Shown here one piece after another: positions 36,101 through 48,856 of a stretch of 64,000 nucleotides of DNA. The notes below the pieces were generated by a model. That model ran no database searches, was not told the origin of the DNA, and saw only the letters and a list, made by a program, of their open reading frames with translations. The position numbers and the translations under genes are program-made. Each line of letters opens with the position of its first letter. Positions within the stretch are counted from its first letter, which is position 1. This DNA comes from Hormiphora californensis (lineage: Eukaryota > Animalia > Ctenophora). The stretch is from contig CM035361.1 in NCBI GenBank assembly GCA_020137815.1, positions 5,146,001 to 5,210,000 on the forward strand, read 5' to 3'.

Positions 36101-39100
36101 TTTACACTTCACATCCTTCGGCCCAGTCTTTCGAGATCTTACCCACAACTTTAAATATTTCCTCAGGACGGGTTGGTAATCTCAAGTGGTAAAAAGATGG
36201 CGCTGCACTATGTGAGCGGTTGGTTCATTTTGGATCTCATAACCAGTATCCGGTGGGAATGGGTCTTAAATATATTGGTTAGTACCCAGCCCCAACTCAG
36301 ACTTGTAAAGAAGAGGGAGAGAGGCACAATGTGCATTGCACAATCTACTTGGGCACGTCGCACCACTTGGTGTTCGTGTGGAAGGTTTCGCTCGGACTAC
36401 GGAGCGTGTCCAACTATTAGTCTACAAAATTTCTCATCTTTCAGAACTGGTTTGCTACGATATTTAATACAAATCTAATCATAAAAACCCACCGACTACT
36501 GGGCGGACTCAAGTCCATCCGTATCTTTCGGATGATAAAAGTAGGGATGAATCTGGACAACTACACCAGAAAAGGTCCCATCTCTCTCGCTCTCATTATT
36601 GTTTTCTTCCTCTCCCTCGGACACATTTTCGCCTGCTTCTGGTGAGAATTTTAAGATTGTTATCGGAATCAATCCCTTCGTTTTCTGCCTCGATTGATAA
36701 TAACAGTGCATGGTTGTTTAGTTATTTCCGAAATACTATTCTGCAGCAGAATAGACTTTCGGAAGAATATAATTTCTGATTTCTGCTTATGTAGGTACCT
36801 GCTGGGAAAATATCACTACGAAAATGAAATTGATGGCTGGATCACATACTACCTAAGGGACAATCAGTATGACCCGGAATTACGTGATAATGATGTCATG
36901 AATCTACCTGGTGAGTAGTACTTACTAAGTGAGATCGTTACTTTTACTAAAGTGAGCAAGAGTGAGATCGTGATAATGATGTCATGAATCTACCTGGTAG
37001 TACTTACCAAGTATTCATCTTGCCAATTCCTAAACTAACCCCTAAACCAACCACTTACTGCTACCCCTATCACTGAATGGATACTGAATAGTCCATGGTC
37101 GAAAAGTGAGATCTTTGCTTTTACAATACTTTTTCAGAGATGCAGCCTGGCTACTATTCTGCCTCTCTCTACTTTATCATGACGACATTTTGTACAGTCG
37201 GATTTGGTAACATTTCACCCTGGAACACCCCTGAACAAATATTTTGTATATTTGTCATGTTGATCGGAGGTATAGGTTATACTTGTTATGTTCTAACCCT
37301 CGCGGGGTCGATCTAGGCAAGGTTATACTGTTTTCTATCATAATTATTTACCCTTACTTCTAATTTGTATCCTTGTCTCCCTCCGACAATGAAGGTCATT
37401 ATATTATACAAATTATACCTGAATAGTGAATACCTCGATATTATATTTTGGAGATAACCCATTATTATATCCCTCACAGCTTTCTTGTACGCCATTGTGT
37501 TCGGTTCAGCGACCAACATCATCATGCAAATGGGAGCTCAACAAAGCAGGTCAGTGTTATATTGGGAGCTCAACAAAGCAGGTCATTGTTATATTGGGCC
37601 GTTACAACTTGTTAAATAGTCGGACCCTGTTCCAACTCTATTTGTTATATTCGAGTAGGACACCGAATTATATTGTTCGGGGTTCCAACTCTATTTGTTG
37701 TAGTTTTACACTTTACCGGGCTGTTTGGTGCTTCATATTGCTACTGTGTATTCGGTACCTCACTCCCCAGCCTGGTAGTTTCCAGACTCTGAAATTTTCA
37801 GGTTTTTGGATCAGCAGCAGAATTTGGAGCTTTACACGAAGGTCAACAAGTTCCCCCAGGATCTCAAAAATCGAGTCGAGGACTACTTTTATTATCAATG
37901 GTAAATTAATTGAAAAAAAAAAACACAATTGAAAGTATTTTCATTGTCAAAACTTTTAATATAATCATTATTGATGCTAGCTAAGAGTAAGTTACAATTT
38001 TTGAAATGGCCTATAGAAGTACTGACTCCCGGGAATGAACTCATTACACACTATACTATAATCTCTTGCCACTGTCTAAAACAATAATTGCACGTCTAGT
38101 CATCATACTAATTCACTGCATGTGATTTCTAGTCAGTGCAACAGTAGTTCGTGCCTTGCTCGATCCTGTTTCACGGCGCCCCTAAGTCCTAACCCTCTTT
38201 TACAAACGTAAAAGAGGGTTAGAAATCAAGAAGGTATAGTATCACTAATCATCACATTCACATTCCTTCTGTTCCTCTGTGTGCCCGTTGCACCCTGGAC
38301 CTCCACAAACAGGAGTGTAGCAGTACCTCGTCCTTTCCGTTACTCCCCCTCCAGTCTCCTCCTCGTCTTCTCCAGTCTCCTCCTCGTCCCTTCCCCCTCC
38401 AGTCTCCTTCTCGTCTCCTCCCCCAGTCTCCTTCTCGTCCCCTCCCCCAGTCTCCTTCTCGTCTCCTCCCCCAGTCTCCTTCTCGTCCCCTCCCCCAGTC
38501 TCCTTCTCGTCCCCTCCCCCAGTCTCCTTCTCGTCCCCTCCTCCAGTCTCCTTCTCGTCTTCTCCAATCTCCTCCTTGTCCCCTCCTCCTCCAGTCTCCT
38601 CCTCGTCCCCTCGATCGCCCTCCATTGTACCACTAGTAGTCACTACCCCATCACCACCTTCACTACTGCTGCAACCTAGACATCCACTCCACTCTGTCCA
38701 CTGGGATAGGGCACAACGTCGTCTCCTGATAACCCAACCACGCTTTGATTCTCCGGCAAGAAGGAGAGAGATAAAAACAACAGCGATTAACAGACGCATT
38801 TTGATAAGAGTAGTTACTTAGAACAAAAAAAACGGTTCTTTAAATGCTGGCTTAAAATTGTTGTTGAGTAGAATGCCCACGGTTGGCTATACCCCCCCCC
38901 CCCCCCCGATATCATATTCGAAGCTTGAGTAGATATTATGTAGAGAATGCTTGGCCGTGATCTTATTGAATACTAAAATAAGACATCATAACAAAAACTA
39001 AAATAAAAGTAGAGGCATCCTCTTCATATTCAACTCAAGCATCGGTTTGTAATTTACAACAAAAACTAAAATACTAACTCTGAGCTCTACAGGTATAACT

Positions 39101-40255
39101 CAAAAGGAATAGAACCATCGAAAATGATGTCAAACTGGCCTCGGAACCTCAAGGAAGATACCTCCCTGTTTATGCATCGTGTCCTGTTTGCAGAATGGCC
39201 GGTGTTTAGTCAGGCTAGCACAGGATGTAGGAGAGCTCTCAGCAGTCTTATCAAACGACATGGTAATAAGAGGAAGGGATGGGTGTTTCTAGTTTTCAGA
39301 TTTTAACTTCAGTACTAGATCCGGAATGATCAGATCTGAGCAAGAGTTAAATAGGGAAGAAAATATATAAATGCTGATATTACTTCCTCATCAATGACCC
39401 GTTTATATAATTCATATTCTAATAGTACCCCCCTGCTAGGTGTAACACCGGGAGACTACATTGTCCACACGGAAGACTGTGTAGAGAGTATATTCTTCGT
39501 TGTCAAGGGCCATCTAAAGATTCTGAAAGATGGAGCTGTTATTGGCATTTTGAGTGAGTCTCGAATAAATTTCGACTAGCTTATACTCTCTTATCACATC
39601 TTTATATTTTATCGCATCACAACGACTGTCACCAGTACTCAGTAGTTAGTATATCAACAATGCTTCACTATGGGATTATATACTCTAGCTTATCGCATCA
39701 CATTTGCTTTAAAACCCCAAAACAGTAATAGTGTATGACCGAAAACTGCTATACCCCAATCCCACCCTAACCCCCACACAGCAAAGGGTGACACATTTGG
39801 TGACACCCAATCACCCATCCCAATCCCTCACCCATCCCCCACACAGCAAAGGGTGACACATTTGGTGACAAGTGGTGGCCGACAGAACCTACGGGAAAAG
39901 CTGTTGCAGACGTGATGGCCATGACATATGCTGAACTTGAGGTAAATCACCCTTTAATTCTCATCGTTGTAGGTGTTACCTCATTCTCAACTCCCCCTTT
40001 GTAGGTGTTACCTCATTCTCAACTCCCCCTTTGTAGGTGTTACCTCATTCTCAACTCCTCCTTTGTAGGTGTTACCTCATTCTCAACTCCTCCTTTGTAG
40101 GTGTTACCTCATTCTCAACTCCCCCTTTGTAGGTGTTACCTCACGAGAGCCTGCGTGAAATTCTCATCAAGTTCCCCGATTTCTGGGACATCTGGGTCAA
40201 GAAGTTGGACATCACCTTCGAGTTGGGTGAACACGGGAAAATATTTGTAAGTGTG

Positions 40256-40322
<67 letters not shown>

Positions 40323-41409
40323 TATTTTCTCTATTGCCTACACGATGTCCATTGTTTGTTTTAGTCGGTGGGCGGACTCTAGTGCTAACGGACTCTTTAT
40401 CTAAATCCAAGGCGGACTCTATATCTAAAAACGGACTCTTTATCTACAGTTAGATTTTGAAAAAAGTTTAGATAAAGAGTCCTCCCTGTGTAGACTTTTT
40501 AGATAAAGAGTCCGCCCTGTGTAGAATTTTTAGATATAGAGTCCTCTAGTACATTTTGGCGCCAAATCCTCCAACCCGGACTCTATGTCTAAAATCCTAA
40601 CCCAACCCAAAACCTAACCCTAACACTAACCCTAACCCTCACCTCGAACCCAAATAACGGCCCTAACACTTCTAAATTAGTATAGGGGTAGAGCAAACTC
40701 TCGTTTCCGGCCTAACGGCCGAAATCTCGAGTTCGCGGCGAAAGGCGGACTCTATATCTAATTTAGATTTATGTAGATATAGAGTCCACTTTGTTTAGAC
40801 TTTTTAGATAAAGAGTCCGCCCTGTGTAGACTTTTTAGATAAAGAGTCCTCCTAGAGTTTAGACTTATTTGGACTCTTTATCTAAATCTAAGTTTAGATA
40901 TAGAGTCCTCTTTAGACTTAGAGTGTAGCACTAGAGTCCGCACACCGTTTTAGTTAAGTTCCTGCGGCTGACCAGCCCATACCTTGTTATGTTCTAACCC
41001 TATTTTACACATACCCACATACCGTCATACCATGACACACGCACAATTCCTCCCACATCTGACGCATCACGCAATGTCAACCAGACCTTTCCACGATTAG
41101 AGCACTAGGAGAGCTATAGGTTTCTTCATTTTGGTGGCGACAAAACCATCTTGGCGTCTTGATTCGACAGTGCGTTCAGAGACAGGGTTTGTTAGAAATG
41201 TGTATTTTCTAACAATTCTCTCTCCACAGGAAGGCCTACCAGAGGACTTGAAGATGTTTATCACGCATGAACGGATGCCTGCTCATAATGCAGAAATAAT
41301 TAACGAAACAGAAATCGATAAGAATGATACTGGAGATGATTTAATTCGGGAAACAAGGGAGTTATTGACTCAGCTGGAGGAAAAGATGGCTACAAAAAAG
41401 AAGAAGTAG
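33163..41409 (+). CDS. KCNH: EAG/ERG/ELK-family voltage-gated K+ channel (PAS, 6TM, CNB-homology domain), ~18 exons
   Basis: PAS (FMIVNT..PIIFVSNEF, 34045-34192), S1 WDWFVL (35092-35260), DIIVNFRSTYV (35642-35713), HYVSGWFILDL (36168-36277), S4 LKSIRIFRMIK..H.FACFW (36445-36640), pore YSASLYF.MTTFCTVGFGNISP (37138-37269), C-linker RVEDYF (37802-37900), CNBHD PGDYIVH..KGHL..KGDTFG..ADVMAMTY (39440-39941). Confidence 0.93.
33710..34040. repeat. Intronic CTACCTCACC/CTCATA minisatellite
   Basis: Seen directly; it gives a spurious His/Pro/Leu ORF. Confidence 0.9.
35398..35575. mobile_element. Tc1/mariner-type MITE
   Basis: TA-CAGTCGGACCCCGATTTAACGGC ... GCCGTTAAATCGGGGTCCGA..CCGACTG-TA. Confidence 0.8.
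35726..35834 (+). mobile_element. hAT-type MITE H1
   Basis: TIRs plus an imperfect 8-bp TSD GTACTTAG/GTACTTTA. Confidence 0.88.
38245..38799 (-). CDS. Nested intronless secreted protein; TSP1-like domain split by an acidic 8-aa repeat
   Basis: Signal peptide MRLLIAVVFISLLLAGES, C..SQWTEWSGC, (ETGGGDEK)n encoded by a 24-bp repeat, and ERTRYC..P.CGG..C.G..EE..EC. It lies in KCNH intron 37901-39092. Confidence 0.75.
   Translation of the reverse strand: MRLLIAVVFISLLLAGESKRGWVIRRRRCALSQWTEWSGCLGCSSSEGGDGVVTTSGTMEGDRGDEEETGGGGDKEEIGEDEKETGGGDEKETGGGDEKETGGGDEKETGGGDEKETGGGDEKETGGGDEKETGGGRDEEETGEDEEETGGGVTERTRYCYTPVCGGPGCNGHTEEQKECECDD
39968..40143 (+). repeat. 32-bp tandem repeat (5 full units + 1 partial) containing the KCNH splice acceptor
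   Basis: Unit TGTAGGTGTTACCTCATTCTCAACTCCCCCTT; the last copy runs into exon 40133-40246. Confidence 0.92.
40366..40947. mobile_element. MITE with internal TAGATA(A/T)AGAGTCC and CCTAAC repeats
   Basis: TIR CGGTG(G/T)GCGGACTCTAGTGCTA, flanking direct repeat TTTTAGT. Confidence 0.8.
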
Positions 41410-42411
41410 ATAAAATCGAAATTAGGGATCTATCCTACTTTCGAAGTGACTAAGTGAGACAGGGACAGAGAGATCAGAGAGACAGTCAGCTGAAATGTGT
41501 GAGAGAGAGAGAGAATGGCTGATGTCTTCACGAACCCAAATTCGACCTCCCATATATGGCAAAGTGGCCCGCCGGTGGGCACTGGGCGTCTGTCGGGAAA
41601 TCTCATCCACATTTCTCAAACTATTAAATTAAAACAACTAGGTTTTTTTGTAAGGTGAAATGAGTTTAGTCTTCGTGTTTTTTTTTTTTCGATTGGTGAC
41701 ACCCGTTTCTGAGGCGTGTAAAGTATGTTAATATTTCCTGGTATGTACGTGTCTTTGTCCAGTCTCACCAAGGTTCATTCTTGTAAATTGAGTTGTCGTC
41801 GAATGCCTCTAGAGAATATACTTTGACACATTCTCTGTTTATTGGAGCAGGTTGGACAAAGTTCTCGGTTGTAATGCGCACCTCTCCATGGACTAGCAGC
41901 TGAACCACGCGCATCCTTGAAAAGTACACCTTCCAGCAGCCACCATGACAGAAAGGTAGCGCGCGCAATCAGTGATTACCGGGAAGGTAAAAGAAGTGGT
42001 CCTAATTAATTAATTAGCGACTTGAATGTGACTTTGACTTAGCAAATTCAAACAAAACTGTTAATTCAACAAATGTAAAACGGAAGTAAACAAACACAAC
42101 ATGATTTACAAAACGTCACAACATTTTTCTTCGATTCGTGCTGACACTCCTTACTTTCATCACAGTTCAGTCATTTACAAGCGCGCGCGACGTTTGGTTG
42201 GACAACTTCATATCAGTTTGCATCGATTGGTGAAGCAGCACGCACATTTACACACATACACAGTCTCAATGTATATCCCAAAGTGTTCTGATATTCTCTC
42301 ACTCCCCATCCACTCTCTCTCTCTATCGTTCTTAGAGGACAATGGTCCTATCGGTTTTTCGTTATGGTTTCCCAAGAAGATATAGCTCCAATATCACTGT
42401 CCGATGGTTCT

Positions 42412-45400
42412 TCAGATTGCATCGTAGTCTAACTCCATATCTGAGAAATCGTCCGTCACCTCTTTTGTATCTGTATGGAAAGACAGGTTTTGTTCAAAAC
42501 CTTTTTAGGGTGGAAAGGGAGGGTCGAACAAGACAAGGAAAGGGTGGTTTTAGCTGAAACAAACACAACTAGAAGAGGAAAGACGAAATACGCAAACAAG
42601 TCAGAAATACTTACATATCAAGTCTTCTTCCTCCTCCGCTTCTATCGCTATATTATTTTCGCTTCGTACCAGCTCAAGAAATCGTTCGTAGTTTTCCTCT
42701 CCCTCTAGATGTTTCAACCTCTCACTGGGACAAGAAAAAGAAAAGAGGGGGAATGTTTTGGAAACGATTGTGTAGTATTCTCTTCGATTGTTGTCAAAAT
42801 CAAACACATGAATTTGTTACAAAATTTCACCCAGTAAAAAAAGACAGAAATAAAGGAATCAAGAGGGCTTGTTATACACACAGCTGACAGCGTATTAACA
42901 TATATTAAGAGAATGATATTAATGTTAATGATAGTAATATTAGCGTTTCGTTATTATAACAGTCGCAACAAAGAATAATAATCATATATGTACAATGTAC
43001 ATTAGGGTGTGCTAAGTGAAAATTTTGTCGACTTGGCCAAAAGGTTAAGGGTAGATATGAAACTATGGACAATTGTCTACTACATCCTGAAAACGGAATT
43101 GGGATAGTGTATGTCAATTACGTGGGCCAGGCGATTAAAAAAGTTTACTTTTTTACCGAAAAAAGGAAAATATGTGTGTTTTACACCAGTGTTTGGCATG
43201 TTCTTGATATCAACTTTTTATGGTCAGGGTCGTGTTCAGCGGTTTGATACCGATCAGAATGGATGTGTATCATGAAAGTTAGCCAAAGGTCATTTTTGAC
43301 CTGAAAATGTTCATTTTGGACCAAAAATGTTCATTTTTGACTAAAAATGTTCATTTTGGCCATTTTCTTCAATTTTGAGAGCTTTTTCATGAACGGGATC
43401 GTGTTCAGCAGGTCAAAAGTAGTCGGTTACAACCGGAATTTGGTTTCCGACAAATAAAATCTCAAAAAGTTAAAATTCGTCTAAACTAATACTGCAAAGT
43501 AGGAAAATGTGCAAGAAAAAAAGATGAAAAAAAAATAAAATTTTCATTATAAAATGGAGTTCTGAAGGTGCAGACTGGAAATAATGGTTGTACTGGTTCT
43601 CATGAGGCGATTCATATGTGTGGTTTTTTCGAAATAACGCCCCAAAAAACATTTTTTGATATGAATATGCCCATATATGGGCATACATCGGCCCACGTAA
43701 TTGGGCCAGGGTAGGACTAAAATTTTTTTACCAAATGTTTTAGAATGATCGTAGGAACTCATTCTAGGGGTAAACTTTGTGAAAATTGGATTTGATTTAT
43801 GAGTTGGGAAAAATAGTACATTGTACATACATTGTACATTTTGACACTGATCGTACTTTAATAGCTCTGATAAACTAGATATTATCCATATTATCTGATC
43901 TGAATGTCTCAACTAACACCATTATCTACTGAAGAGTTCACTTTAAACTCTGTGAACGGATCAAAAGTTGCACTTTCTGTGTTTAGCGATACACTCGATA
44001 ATTCATCTTCCACACCCACGTGATCACGTGACGTTATGATGACATCATCACGTGATGATGACGTCATGTGTGAGGTTGTCGTGACGTCATCGTTAGGGGA
44101 AGGTGTCAAATCAATGTTAGTTAAAAAGTACTCTGACACAAGTTCCCCGCCATCATCAGGAGATGTATTATTCAGTTCAGATAGGAACTCAGTTGGGGTA
44201 AAATCAATATCACCGGCCCCAGCTGAATCATCATCATCATCACTATCAACACTTTGCAACACTAAATCAATATCACGTAACAGTTTATTTGACGCCTCAT
44301 TGGATAACACGTTTTGGGTGACGTTGACAGCGGGTGTGGTTATCACAGAATAACGATCATCGTCTGATGTTGGAGAGTTGGGGTACCTTGATGCAAAGTC
44401 CGCAAAGCTATTGGCGGAGTTACCACTTGTTGTCGCGGCCTGCAAGGGTGAATATGATTGAGGAGATTGTGGTAGGTTTATACCCCGTTTATACTCCACT
44501 TGGATTATTGATAGGAGGCCACATACATAAGATAGTAGTAGTAGTAGTATAAACAAGTCAAGTATTGAATGTGAAATAGAATTGTATGAAAATAGAAGAG
44601 AGGGCTAAGTTTGCACATTAGAAATAATAATATATTTACCCACATAAAATATGACGTCATGTATTGTGCCCGAATATAACAATACCACACCATACCTTGT
44701 GGTATTATTAACTTGGGCAAAATGTATGTCATATAATACTTAGTGGGGCCCCACTAGGCACTAAGTAATAAAATCAGCAGGAACCGACCGAATCAGGAAA
44801 TACTGGTCCCTGATTGGCTGATAACCAGTCACGTGACCTAAATAACGAGTTCTGATTGGTTGTTTACTTGTGTCGGTCGGTTCCTGAAAATTAGCAGTAC
44901 CTCATTTCCAGGTGTAGGCGATGGCCGAATTGTATAAAACTCTCTTATACTCATGGCCTTCTGGGAATAGAACTCTTCCTCTTCTCTGGCGAGGGCTTCC
45001 TCGTCCCGCTGTAGCTGAGAGAGAAAGGGGCATGAAGATGTGATACACAGTGATCTCGAAAGCTTCTGTCAATTAATTTGATTTAGTACCATTATATATA
45101 TATATATTATATCGTTGTCTATCTTGTTAAAGCACAGGGGATAATAACATGCTATCTTCTCAGCCACTAAATCTGATCAAATCAAGAACAATCTTTGTTC
45201 AAATAACTCTACTAAAAGGGGAAGATGCTTACCTCCTCTTCGCGAATCCGATCGAGCCGTTTCTCATCTTCAGCGTATTCAGAGTATAACCTAGCAAAAG
45301 ATATTTTGGTACCGAGAAAAGATTTAATAAACTTATGAGGAAACCTCGCCATCTTTTGAGATAAGTGAGAGGTATCATCTTGGATGGTATCAGAAATCCT

Positions 45401-46455
45401 TTAAAAAATGTAACTCACTTGTTGGAAATGAGATGCCTTTCTCTTGCACTTACAACCGGTGTAGTACGTTGGTTGTTGTTACTGCTTTCTGACAGCTCAA
45501 TAAGCTTGTCATATTCGATTCCTTGTTCTTCTTTGTCTTCGTAAAACAACCTGTAATTGGAGTCTTTAAAGATTCGATTTTATTGTGTATTGCAATGAGT
45601 AAACACACACATATATATACCTTACTCTCGTTAATTAAGCTCGCATATTTCAAGAAACTTTTAAATAAGGAACTTTTTTACAAGAAACCCCAAAATTTAG
45701 ACACCCTAAAAATAAGAAACTCTCTCGTTTATTAAGAAACTGAAAAAATAAGAAACCAAAATTAAGAAACTAAAAAAATAAGAAACCAAAAATAAGAAAC
45801 CCCAAAAATAAGAAACCCCAAAAATAAGAAACCCCAAAATTAAGAAACCCCAAAAATAAGAAACCCCAAAATTAAGAAACCCCAAAATTAAGAAACCCCA
45901 AAATTAAGAAACCCCAAAATTAAGAAACCCCAAAATTAAGAAACCCCAAAATTAAGAAACCCCAAAAATAAGAAACCCCAAAAATAAGAAACCTCAAAAT
46001 TAAGAAACCCCAAAAATAAGAAACCCCAAAAATAAGAAACCCCAAAAATAAGAAACTCGAAAAATAAGAAACTCGAAAAATAAGAAACCTAATTAGGGGA
46101 GGGCCTCAAAAAGCTCTAAAATGGACATTTTTGACAACACAGACCAAATGCGGCAAAATAACGCAATTTAAACTAGGTAAAATGTTGTTTAGGCTATTTC
46201 GAAGGTGTGGTCTAACGGTTGACAGGTTACGAAATGGTGGCCGGAATAAGAAAGCTGAGACAAGGGGGGTTAAACACAAAACAACTGCAATGAACTGCTT
46301 GTGTGTTAACACTCAGAACTGTTGCAGAATGCAGAGGCCTGTTTCTTATCTCTGTTTTCAAGATGGGTGTGTCGCCCTGCTTTCTCTCCCAATCTCTCTT
46401 CCTATCTCGTCCTCTTTTTCTTTCTTTATCATTGATGATGTCTGCGTGTGTGTGT

Positions 46456-46538
<83 letters not shown>

Positions 46539-48021
46539 AGATAGAGATAGAGATAGAGAGAGATACTAAGAAGCAAAGCGAGTGTTAAAACACAATCTAA
46601 TAGTGGGTGTGTACGAAAAGATAAGGTATTAGACCAGAATGTAGCTCGACAGTGGGGGGTACGAAAAGATAAGAAGTGATACTGAGTGTGAGAAGGGAAA
46701 AAGGGGGGGGGGGAAGAGATGAAACAAAAATGACGACACGAAAGCAAGAAATCATGAACACAAAACACACGGATTTGAGAGAGTGCAAGAGATAGATGAA
46801 CGAGATAGGCATCGGGAGGTGCTCATGCGTGACAGACCTCCACGCACGTGACTTAGAATGCTCGCACCCAATTGGCTGATCATAGTGAAAGTGAAAGTGA
46901 CCATAAATGCAGCAATTTGATTGGCTGTGCTGACTGAGTTTGTGATTGGGGGCGGGAACTGGGAAGAGAGAGAGAGGGTAGAGAGAGAGAGAGAGAGATT
47001 GAGAGAGACTGTGTGGGTGTGTGTGTGAGAGAGAGAGTGTGTGAGAGAGAGAGAGAGATTGGGAGAGAAAGCAGGGCGACACACCCATCTTGAAAACAGA
47101 GATAAGAAACGGGCCTCTGCATTCTGCAACAGTTCTGAGTGTTAACACACAAGCAGTTCATTGCAGTTGTTTTGTGTTTAACCCCCCTTGTCTCAGCTTT
47201 CTTATTCCGGCCACCATTTCGTAACCTGTCAACCGTTAGACCACACCTTCGAAATAGCCTAAACAACATTTTACCTAGTTTAAATTGCGTTATTTTGCCG
47301 CATTTGGTCTGTGTTGTCAAAAATGTCCATTTTAGGGCTTTTTGAGGCCCTCCCCTAATTAGGTTTCTTATTTTTCGAGTTTCTTATTTTTGGGGTTTCT
47401 TATTTTTGGGGTTTCTTAATTTTGGGGTTTCTTATTTTTCGAGTTTCTTATTTTTGGGGTTTCTTATTTTTGGGGTTTCTTATTTTTGGGGTTTCTTAAT
47501 TTTGGGGTTTCTTATTTTTGGGGTTTCTTATTTTTGGGGTTTCTTAATTTTGGGGTTTCTTATTTTTGGGGTTTCTTAATTTTGGGGTTTCTTATTTTTG
47601 GGGTTTCTTAATTTTGGGGTTTCTTAATTTTGAGGTTTCTTATTTTTGGGGTTTCTTATTTTTGCGTTTCTTATTTTTGGGGTTTCTTATTTTTGCGTTT
47701 CTTATTTTTGGGGTTTCTTACTTTCTTGGGGGAGTTTCTTATTTTGGGGTGTCTTATTTAATGTGTTTCCACATTTCCCGTTTCTTATAAAAAAATTTCT
47801 TCCTAAAGCGTTTCTTAATTAGCGAGAGTAAGGTATGTTCTATATATAGAGCAAGCTCAATTTAGCTATTCTCCGGCTGGGTATAGGTATAGGGTATTGC
47901 AATAATTAAAACAGCATATTTTATAATAATCAAAACAGAAAAGGTATCGCCCATCAACTGACCTGTGACTAGTTGGACGCTTTATGCAGCATAGAATCGT
48001 ATCTAAACATGAACCCGCCAT
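42412..48021 (-). CDS. AP1AR: AP-1 complex-associated regulatory protein (gadkin)-like
   Basis: In-phase exons ~47963-48021, 45419-45551, 45346-45399, 45233-45290, 44901-45014, 43920-44440, 42614-42705 and 42412-42470. They give MAGSCLDTILCC..IEYDKLIE..VSARERHL..EEELQRDEEALAREEEEFY..YERFLELVR. The Cys-rich N-terminus, IEFENL-like motif and coiled coil resemble gadkin, from memory. Confidence 0.65.
44778..44886 (-). mobile_element. hAT-type MITE H1
   Basis: TIRs plus a near-perfect TSD AAAATCAG/AAAATTAG. Confidence 0.88.
45620..47833. mobile_element. 2.2-kb foldback-type element with 16-bp satellite arms
   Basis: TA-flanked CCTTACTCTCG.TAATTAAG termini; (AAGAAACCCCAAAAAT)n at ~45680-46090 and inverted at ~47360-47790; ~310-bp unique inverted arms at 46085-46398 and 47055-47370. 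Confidence 0.88.
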
Positions 48022-48856
48022 ACTTCAATAAGGATAAGTGTCAATAATCTTTCTGTTAGTAGGGACTAGTATTGTTATTATTGAATCTATATATTGTATA
48101 CTATGTATTTGTATTTATATACATTGGCAAAATCAACATATACACACTCCTTTTAGTCAGCAAGTTTAGAAGGGGCTAAGGCAACAAAAAACAGCGGTTG
48201 CCACTTGCCTGCACAATCTAAGCTGTAGTACCAAAAAAATATTGCATTTGTAAGTAAATATTATATAAATTCGCTCCCAGAAATTACTCGAACCGCTGAA
48301 ATGAACCCGACCATCTTATTCATGCAAAATATGATCGACCAGCCACCACGGCCGTTTTTCTAAATTAGAAATCCTGACGACTATCAAAAAACACATAATC
48401 TTGGCAGTGTTTGGCAGACCAGTAAAATAACTTTTAGCACAACTTTAAAGTCACAATCAATTATCAATTCCCTGGGGCCCCCAGGGACGGTGCTTCGGGC
48501 CCAGCGTGTCCCTGTGCTGGTACCCTGCGATACCAGTGGGCAGCCATGGTCAGGAGTGTGGGTGCGAAACCCCCTCAAGCAGGACTCAGGGTCAGTAGTT
48601 CACGGAGGTAACTTGGCAAACGCGGGATAAGGCAGCGCTTTTCAAGGAGGTGACTGGTGAGTGTTTTTTTCCGAATTTGGGTAAAAATTTTTTGATCTGG
48701 CTAAGAAAAGTTTTCAATTTTTTGTCGCGCGGCAGTGATAAATGCATCGGACTTTGTTTAAATTCGCGCGTTACGTTAAATTTGGATCTTCGCAGCGTTG
48801 TTTTTAAGTACAAAAAATAACTTTTCACTTTTTTTTCGCTGAGGCGTGTTTGCTTT

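Noticed and set aside
41422-41968. Possible small minus-strand gene between KCNH and the AP1AR-like gene
   Set aside because: It has splice-like signals and short open frames, but no recognisable motif or unambiguous frame.
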